NCBI GenBank assembly: GCA_003158475.1 | Contig: PMJR01000103.1 | Coordinates: forward strand, 9,538 to 73,537 | Length of the DNA stretch: 64,000 nt | Origin: Ignavibacteriota bacterium | Lineage (GTDB): Bacteria; Bacteroidota; Ignavibacteria; UBA10030; UBA6906 | Direction: 5' to 3' | In this document: one piece after another, positions 58,381 through 64,000 of the stretch | Position numbering within the stretch: position 1 is the first letter of the stretch | How the letters are laid out: each line of letters starts with the position of its first letter | Position numbers and translations under genes: made by a program | The notes under the pieces: model-generated | Told to the model about the DNA's origin: nothing | The model's database searches: none | Seen by the model: only the letters and a program-made list of their open reading frames with translations

Positions 58381-58835
58381 AGGAGAAGGTTGTCGAGCTT
58401 CTGATCTATATAATGTCGGAGATGCAGGATAACAAGCGGATCAGCGACATCGATCTGACCGACCTGAAGACCCGGGGCTACACGCAGTCGGAAATCAGTG
58501 CCGCGTTCAGCTGGATCTATGAGAACAGCGAGCTGAATCAGCAGCGGCCGTCCATGAGCGTCCGGGCGGGGGAAGGCTCGCGCCGCGTTCTGCACGATGC
58601 GGAAAAAGCGGTGCTCTCGACCGAGAGCCAGGGATATCTGATCCAGTTGAGGGAGCTCGGATTGCTTGACGAGAAGGATTGTGAGACTGTGATCGAGCGG
58701 GCGATGATGGCGGGGTATGAAAAACTGTCTGTGACGGATCTCCGGGAGATCGTTGCGTCCGTTCTGTTCGCCCGGGGGGGCGACGATTCGTCCGGGAACC
58801 GTTCGATGCTCACCAGCGGGGACACCATTCACTGA
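58377..58835 (+). CDS. smg: Smg (DUF494) family protein
   Basis: ATGA overlap with ybeY. Motifs LIYIMSEM and GYTQSEISAAFSWI. The position upstream of topA is typical. Confidence 0.75.
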   Translation: MKEKVVELLIYIMSEMQDNKRISDIDLTDLKTRGYTQSEISAAFSWIYENSELNQQRPSMSVRAGEGSRRVLHDAEKAVLSTESQGYLIQLRELGLLDEKDCETVIERAMMAGYEKLSVTDLREIVASVLFARGGDDSSGNRSMLTSGDTIH

Positions 58836-61201
58836 TGGCCACGAAAAGAAAAGCGGCGGCGGAGAAGGTTGAGGGGGGGGCCGAGGTGGCGGTGGCTCCC
58901 GGCAAACGGAAGGCGCGCCGGAAGGTCCCCCCCGTCGACACGACGGGGAAGTCGCTCATCATCGTCGAATCTCCGGCGAAGGCGAAAACGATAAACAAGT
59001 ATCTGGGGAAGGACTTCATCGTCGAGGCGTCGGTCGGGCACATCAAGAATCTCCCGAAGAGCAAGATCGGGATCGACGTCGAGCACGGGTTCCGCCCGGA
59101 GTACGAAACGATCAAGGGAAAAGACGAGGTCATCGCCCGGCTCCGTTCCCACGCGCTCAGGGCGAAGGCCGTCTACCTGGCGACGGACCCCGACCGTGAA
59201 GGGGAAGCGATCGCCTGGCATATCGCACGGGAGATCGAGCCGGACAACGGGAATGTGTTCCGCGTGATGTTTAACGAGATCACGGAGCGCGGGATCACCG
59301 AGGCGATGCGGCACCCGACGAAAGTGGACCAGAACCTCGTGGATTCCCAGCAGGCGCGCCGGGTCATGGACCGTCTCGTGGGATACAAGGTCTCGCCGTT
59401 CGTCTGGAAAACCGTTTTCTACGGGCTCTCGGCCGGGCGGGTCCAGTCGGTTGCGGTCCGCCTGATCTGCGAGCGGGAGGAGGCGGTCACCTCGTTCATC
59501 CCGGATGAGTACTGGTCGGTCATCGGCGAATTCCGGACGGGGTCGAACGAACCGTTTTTTGCCAAGCTCTTCAAGGTGGCCGGGAACGACCCTGTCATCG
59601 GCGACGGGACCACCGCGGAAGGATACGTCAACGACATCCGGAAGCAGGCGTTTGAGATCGCCGACATCCAGAAGAAACCTGTCAGGAGGAATCCGGGCGC
59701 GCCCTTCATCACGAGCACGCTGCAACAGGAGTCCGCACGCAGGCTCCGCTTCCACGCAAAGCGGACGATGATGCTCGCCCAGAAACTGTATGAGGGTATC
59801 GAACTCGGCGGGGAGGGTCGGGTGGGCCTCATCACCTACATGCGAACGGATTCGACGCGGCTCAGCGAAGATGCTGTCAGCGAGGCCCGCACATACATTT
59901 ACGACAATTACGGGAAGGAATACCTCCCGAGCGAGGCCCGCCTCTTCAAGAAGGGAAAATCCTCCCAGGATGCGCACGAGGCGATCCGCCCGACTTCGAT
60001 GCAGCACACGCCGAAGGCAGTCAGGAAATACCTGGACAAGGAGATGTTCGACCTCTACGAGCTGATCTGGAACAGGTTCCTCGCCTGCCAGATGAGCGCT
60101 GCCGTTTTCGAGCAGACTACCGTCGACGTCCGGGGGGGAGACTACCTGTTCCGCGCGACGGACACTATTCCCCAGTTCCGCGGATTCCTGCAGGTGTATG
60201 ACGACGTCGCGGAGGAGGCCGACAGGACCGCCGAGGACGAGGATCCTGTCTCGAAACTCCCGGCAAACCTGAGGGTGAACGAGGGTGCAACGCTCATCAA
60301 TGTCATCCCGAACCAGCATTTCACGAAGCCGCCGGGGCGGTTCACGGAATCGAGTCTTGTCAAGGAGCTTGAAGCTCTCGGCATCGGGCGCCCGAGCACA
60401 TACGCGCTGATCGTCGATACGATCCAGGCGCGGAAATACGTCGAACAGCGGGAACGCCGGTTGTACCCGACGGACCTGGGGATCGCGGTGAACCGGATAC
60501 TGGTGCAGAACTTCCCCCACCTCTTCAACGTGGAGTTCACGGCCAAAATGGAGGAGGAGCTCGACACCATCGCCTCCGGCAAAGAGACCTACCTTCACGT
60601 GATGGAAGAGTTCTATCACCCCTTCATCAGCGACCTCGAAGGGGTCGACAGGAACAGCGCGGCGATAAAGAAATCGCTCCAGGAGGCGACGGACGAAAAG
60701 TGCGAGGTGTGCGGCAAGCCGATGATCATCAAGTGGGGACGGAACGGCCGGTTCATGGCATGCAGCGGCTACCCGGCCTGCAAGACGACGAAACCGCTCC
60801 CTTCGGAGGCGGCGCTTGCGGCACACGCCGTGGGCATCAAGTGCGAGCTCTGCGGCGGGGATATGGTCGTCAAGGGGGGGCGGTTCGGCGCCTTCCTGGG
60901 TTGCTCCAACTACCCGGCCTGCAAGAGCACCCGGCCCCTCTCGATCGGCGTGAAGTGTCCGAAATGTACGACAGGGGACGTCATCGAACGGAAGACCAAG
61001 CGGAAGCGGGTCTTCTACGGCTGCTCGCGGTACCCTGACTGTGATTTCGCGTCGTGGGACAAGCCGGTCGCCCGCGTATGCGACACGTGCGGCAGCCCCT
61101 ACATGGTGGCAAAATACAATCAGAACCGCGGAGAGTATCTTCTCTGCCCCGCCTGCAAGGCGGAAGTTGCACGGGAAGAAGTTCAGCAGGCAGCGGGCTG
61201 A
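58835..61201 (+). CDS. topA: DNA topoisomerase I (type IA) with C-terminal zinc-ribbon repeats
   Basis: TOPRIM LIIVESPAKAKTI, DPDREGEAIAWH, active-site region YMRTDS, and four C-x2-C...C-x2-C fingers. Confidence 0.95.
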   Translation: MATKRKAAAEKVEGGAEVAVAPGKRKARRKVPPVDTTGKSLIIVESPAKAKTINKYLGKDFIVEASVGHIKNLPKSKIGIDVEHGFRPEYETIKGKDEVIARLRSHALRAKAVYLATDPDREGEAIAWHIAREIEPDNGNVFRVMFNEITERGITEAMRHPTKVDQNLVDSQQARRVMDRLVGYKVSPFVWKTVFYGLSAGRVQSVAVRLICEREEAVTSFIPDEYWSVIGEFRTGSNEPFFAKLFKVAGNDPVIGDGTTAEGYVNDIRKQAFEIADIQKKPVRRNPGAPFITSTLQQESARRLRFHAKRTMMLAQKLYEGIELGGEGRVGLITYMRTDSTRLSEDAVSEARTYIYDNYGKEYLPSEARLFKKGKSSQDAHEAIRPTSMQHTPKAVRKYLDKEMFDLYELIWNRFLACQMSAAVFEQTTVDVRGGDYLFRATDTIPQFRGFLQVYDDVAEEADRTAEDEDPVSKLPANLRVNEGATLINVIPNQHFTKPPGRFTESSLVKELEALGIGRPSTYALIVDTIQARKYVEQRERRLYPTDLGIAVNRILVQNFPHLFNVEFTAKMEEELDTIASGKETYLHVMEEFYHPFISDLEGVDRNSAAIKKSLQEATDEKCEVCGKPMIIKWGRNGRFMACSGYPACKTTKPLPSEAALAAHAVGIKCELCGGDMVVKGGRFGAFLGCSNYPACKSTRPLSIGVKCPKCTTGDVIERKTKRKRVFYGCSRYPDCDFASWDKPVARVCDTCGSPYMVAKYNQNRGEYLLCPACKAEVAREEVQQAAG

Positions 61202-61251
61202 CCTCCCGCGCCTTCAGGATTCACGATTCTCCCCAGGCTGCTCCGGAACTC

Positions 61252-62151
61252 ATGCAGACGCACATCCGTTCATTTCTCCGCCACATCCGCATCGGGCGGA
61301 ATTACTCGCCGCACACCGTCGCGGCCTACGAGTGCGATCTTCGCGAGTTCCTGGAGTTCTGGGAGTCGGAATTCCCCGGACGCGTGATGACCCCGGGCGG
61401 GGTGGACCGGAGGGCAATCCGCCGGTTCCTCGCATGGCTGCACGACCGGGAATTCGCCAGCCGCAGCATTGCCCGGAAACTCGCCTGCCTGAAATCCTTC
61501 TTCCGTTACCTCCGCAAGATGCATGTCGTCGAGTCAAACCCGGCGGCGACGGTGGTGTCGCCGAAGCTGGAACGGAGGCTTCCGCGCACACTCGACGAAG
61601 GAAGCGTTGCGCGGCTTATGGATCAGCCGGACCGTACGAGCGCGGAGGGGGTGCGTGACGCTGCGGTCCTGGAGGTCCTGTACGGTGCCGGGATCCGCCT
61701 GTCGGAGCTCATCGGGCTCAGGGTGGCGGACATCGATTTCGAAAACGGGACGGTCAAGGTGACGGGAAAAGGGAGCAAGCAGCGGATCATTCCGTTCGGC
61801 GCGAAGGCCCGCTCTGCGCTGCAGGCGTACCTCGGGGTCCGCGCGGAGCTCGCCGCCCGGGGACCCGGTGTGACAAACGCGTTCCTCTCTTCCCGCGGGA
61901 ATCCGATGAGCCCCAAGGGCGTGAACAGGCTGATGAACAGGTATATCGGGATGGTATCGGAAATAGAGAAGAGGAGCCCCCACGTGCTCAGGCACACGTT
62001 CGCCACGCACCTGCTGAACAGGGGGGCCGATCTGCGGGCCGTCAAGGAGCTCCTCGGACACGAGAGCCTCTCCACAACGCAGATGTACACGCACGTCAGC
62101 GTCGATCACCTTCGCAAAGTCTATGCTCAGGCCCACCCGAAGGCATCCTGA
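61252..62151 (+). CDS. Tyrosine site-specific recombinase XerC/XerD family
   Basis: Start moved to ATG 61252. Motifs YSPHTVAAYECDLREF, GIRLSEL, HVLRHTFATHLL and LLGHESLSTTQMYTH. Confidence 0.85.
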   Translation: MQTHIRSFLRHIRIGRNYSPHTVAAYECDLREFLEFWESEFPGRVMTPGGVDRRAIRRFLAWLHDREFASRSIARKLACLKSFFRYLRKMHVVESNPAATVVSPKLERRLPRTLDEGSVARLMDQPDRTSAEGVRDAAVLEVLYGAGIRLSELIGLRVADIDFENGTVKVTGKGSKQRIIPFGAKARSALQAYLGVRAELAARGPGVTNAFLSSRGNPMSPKGVNRLMNRYIGMVSEIEKRSPHVLRHTFATHLLNRGADLRAVKELLGHESLSTTQMYTHVSVDHLRKVYAQAHPKAS

Positions 62152-62196
62152 GCCGTCCTGCATGTTCACCTGCATATTCAACAGAGGAGTCAGGTT

Positions 62197-62529
62197 ATGA
62201 ACGTCAAATTCACCGCGCGCCGATTCCGGGCTCACCCGGACATCAAAGAGCATGCTGTAGCGACGGTGCAAAGACTCGACCGTTTCTACGACGGCATCGT
62301 CACTGCCGACATCATCCTGAGTTTCGAACGCGTCACCAAGAGCATCAAGATGGCGGAAGTCAACCTGCATGTCCACGGGGCGGTGCTCACGGCCAGGGGG
62401 AAATCCGAGGACTTCATCAAGTCCATCGACGCGACCGTGGAGAAACTGGAAGTGCAGCTCGCGAAATACAAAACCAAGCGGCGGAGCAAGGCCAAGGGAA
62501 AGACACCGGAGACCACCGAAGAAGCGTGA
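62197..62529 (+). CDS. hpf: Ribosome hibernation promoting factor (HPF/RaiA, short form)
   Basis: Sequence MNVKFTARRFRAHPDIKEHA...KLEVQLAKYK. Confidence 0.85.
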   Translation: MNVKFTARRFRAHPDIKEHAVATVQRLDRFYDGIVTADIILSFERVTKSIKMAEVNLHVHGAVLTARGKSEDFIKSIDATVEKLEVQLAKYKTKRRSKAKGKTPETTEEA

Positions 62530-62571
62530 TTCAGCCCGGCGGATCATGCCGGTCGGGCAACAGGAGCATCG

Positions 62572-63579
62572 ATGAAAAATGACCGCGCGCGCGAAACGCG
62601 CAAAAAGAGCATCACGGTCGGTTTTCTCTACGAGCAGACGCACGAGCGTTTCAAGCTGAAGCAGCTCAACGGCGAAAACGGCTTCGACAACCAGATCAAA
62701 GACAGAAACCTGAACCGGCCGGGACTCGCCCTGGCAGGGTACCTCGAGCTCTTCACATACGACCGTGTCCAGTTCATGGGGAACACGGAGATCCGCTACC
62801 TCAATTCGCTCCGTCCCCCCCAGCGGACGGCGTCGTTCACGTCGCTCCTGGAGTTCAAGATCCCCTGCGTGATTCTCACCAACGGCAATCTGATATCCGA
62901 ACAGCTCCTGCAGGCCGCCTCCGCGAAGAACATCCCGGTGTTCGGGACTCCCTTCGAGACCACGAAGATCTCCTATTTCCTGGCGGATTTCCTGGACGAC
63001 CAGTTCTCCCCCCAGATCGTCGTGCACGGCTCGCTCGTCGATGTCTACGGGGCGGGAGTCCTGCTCACCGGCCCCTCGGGCATCGGCAAGAGCGAAATTG
63101 CCCTCGACCTGATCGAACGCGGACACAGGCTCGTCGCCGATGACGTCGTCATGGTGACCCGGAAGGGAGAAGGTATACTCATGGGTGCCGGCACCGATCT
63201 CGTGAAGCACTTCATGGAGATCAGGGGGCTGGGGCTCATCGATGTCAGGAGCATGTTCGGGATCAGGGCGATCCGCTACCAGAAAAGGATCGAAATCGTC
63301 GTTGAACTTGAGGAATGGAAACCTGACCAGGACTACACGCGAACGGGGCTGGATGAAATTTCGATGACTCTGCTGGATGTCGAAATCCCGCTTGTGAAAC
63401 TACCGATATTTCCCGGGAAGAACGTCACAGTCATAACTGAAGTGATATCACTTAACTATCTCCTCAGGCACTACGGGTATGATGCCGCGAAGGAGTTTTC
63501 CAAGCGATTGGAGGGGGTGATAGGGCAAAAGAAGAAGGGGAGCCGGGTGATAAACTACTTCGAACATGATTTCGAGTGA
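62572..63579 (+). CDS. hprK: HPr kinase/phosphorylase
   Basis: Motifs HGSLVDVYGAGVLLTGPSGIGKSE, LVADD and IRGLGLIDV. Confidence 0.9.
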   Translation: MKNDRARETRKKSITVGFLYEQTHERFKLKQLNGENGFDNQIKDRNLNRPGLALAGYLELFTYDRVQFMGNTEIRYLNSLRPPQRTASFTSLLEFKIPCVILTNGNLISEQLLQAASAKNIPVFGTPFETTKISYFLADFLDDQFSPQIVVHGSLVDVYGAGVLLTGPSGIGKSEIALDLIERGHRLVADDVVMVTRKGEGILMGAGTDLVKHFMEIRGLGLIDVRSMFGIRAIRYQKRIEIVVELEEWKPDQDYTRTGLDEISMTLLDVEIPLVKLPIFPGKNVTVITEVISLNYLLRHYGYDAAKEFSKRLEGVIGQKKKGSRVINYFEHDFE

Positions 63580-63616
63580 CGCGCTGCAATTAAAAAGCCG
63601 GTTCTGAAAAAACCTC

Positions 63617-63645
63617 TTGACATAGCTCAGATATTTCTCTATACT
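63617..63645 (+). promoter_or_regulatory. sigma70-type promoter candidate (TTGACA-N17-TATACT) with A-tract UP-like element
   Basis: TTGACA at 63617-63622 and TATACT at 63640-63645. A-tracts (TTAAAAAG, GAAAAAAC) lie at 63590-63613. Confidence 0.55.
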
Positions 63646-63767
63646 TCCACCGTATTTTGCGAATAAACCCCGCTGACAGGGACAACTGTCTCTGGCAGTG
63701 TTGTTGCTGTTTGAGAACAAGACATGGGCTACGAAGTCCGCTCTCTTCAGACTTAAGGGGTGTCGAT

Positions 63768-64000
63768 CATGCTGCGCAATAAGAAAGTGTACACATTCTC
63801 ACACCGGTCACTCGACTTGAAGGAAGTACGCCACTTCAAGTCAAAGGTATTCGGCTTCGGAGCACTTGCCGGGCTGGGGATACTCGCCGTGCTTCTCGGC
63901 CTGAACCATGCCGGCGGAGACATACTCGGACTTGGCATTGACAGGATGTCGATGCTGACGGCGGAGAACCGCATACTGAAGGATCAGATACGGCTGCTCG
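63768..64000 (+). CDS. Membrane-anchored coiled-coil protein, 3' end cut by window edge (possibly the start of an M23/EnvC-like envelope protein)
   Basis: AAGGGG lies upstream of ATG 63768. Translation is MLRNKKVYTFSHRSLDLKEVRHFKSKVFGFGALAGLGILAVLLGL...LTAENRILKDQIRLL. The ORF is open to the window end. The family guess is weak. Confidence 0.45.

Noticed and set aside
58829-60826. 665-aa ORF antisense to topA. Similar long antisense ORFs occur at 61534..63210, 42020..43603, 54767..56287, 47583..48884, 50883..52115, 35413..36630, 1590..2840 and 953..1906.
   Set aside because: Each lies opposite a gene with unmistakable conserved motifs. Their translations are Arg/Pro/Gly/Asp-rich with no recognisable domains. 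Stop-free antisense frames are expected when the sense strand has strong G/C at third positions. None has a supporting RBS or promoter.
61252-62151. Tyrosine recombinase as a marker of an integrated mobile element.
   Set aside because: It has the XerC/XerD-type sequence and length and sits between topA and hpf/hprK housekeeping genes. There are no flanking direct repeats, tRNA target, phage or transposase genes, or compositional break.
63652-63767. 10-codon uORF (ATG 63724, MGYEVRSLQT) and short hairpins in the leader of the last gene, as a possible regulatory peptide or RNA.
   Set aside because: There is no RBS in front of the uORF, the stems are only 5 bp, and no conservation can be assessed. 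It is too weak to report as a finding.

Overview
GC-rich, densely coding bacterial chromosomal segment with strong G/C bias at third codon positions. I call about 64 CDS, nearly all on the + strand. I found no rRNA, tRNA, CRISPR array, IS element or prophage. Many genes are chained by ATGA/GTGA/TGATG start-stop overlaps, and several intergenic regions carry near-consensus TTGACA-N17-TATAnT promoters. Contents in order: (1) a chorismate-centred block at 1-12979. It holds futalosine-route menaquinone genes (UbiD-like decarboxylase, an MqnE-MqnA fusion, MqnC, and on the minus strand MenG/UbiE-GNAT-MqnD). These are divergently joined to a shikimate operon: aroB, an aroD-aroE fusion, aroA, an aroC-chorismate mutase fusion and tyrA. 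(2) An ABC ATPase, a large polytopic exporter protein and a TPR plus periplasmic-binding-fold protein, then radC. (3) A small Braun-lipoprotein-like coiled-coil lipoprotein followed by a coiled-coil LysM protein. (4) Housekeeping genes: phoH, mazG, amidohydrolase+MFS, prmC, dtd, comEC, methylmalonyl-CoA mutase catalytic subunit, trmH-like, DmpA-like peptidase, pseudouridine synthases, NUDIX, PfkB kinase, mtnA, recO, htrA, HNH endonuclease, trpS, scpA/scpB. (5) A tightly coupled five-ORF unit at 43998-47404: a 39-aa membrane peptide, a GNAT, a PduS-like flavo-FeS protein, a PduT-like tandem-BMC-domain protein and a second GNAT. No other microcompartment gene lies in the window. This is my best candidate for something undescribed. 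(6) A TPM-domain pair, YhcH, a cNMP-gated K+ channel, lysS, GT2, ctpA-DUF3108-gammaCA-MBL, a promoter plus structured leader ahead of hypothetical-ybeY-smg-topA, then xerC/D, hpf, hprK and a truncated envelope gene. The many long antisense or alternate-frame ORFs in the track look like high-GC artefacts. Taxonomic origin cannot be fixed from the sequence alone. All functional calls rest on motif and architecture recognition by eye, not on database searches.
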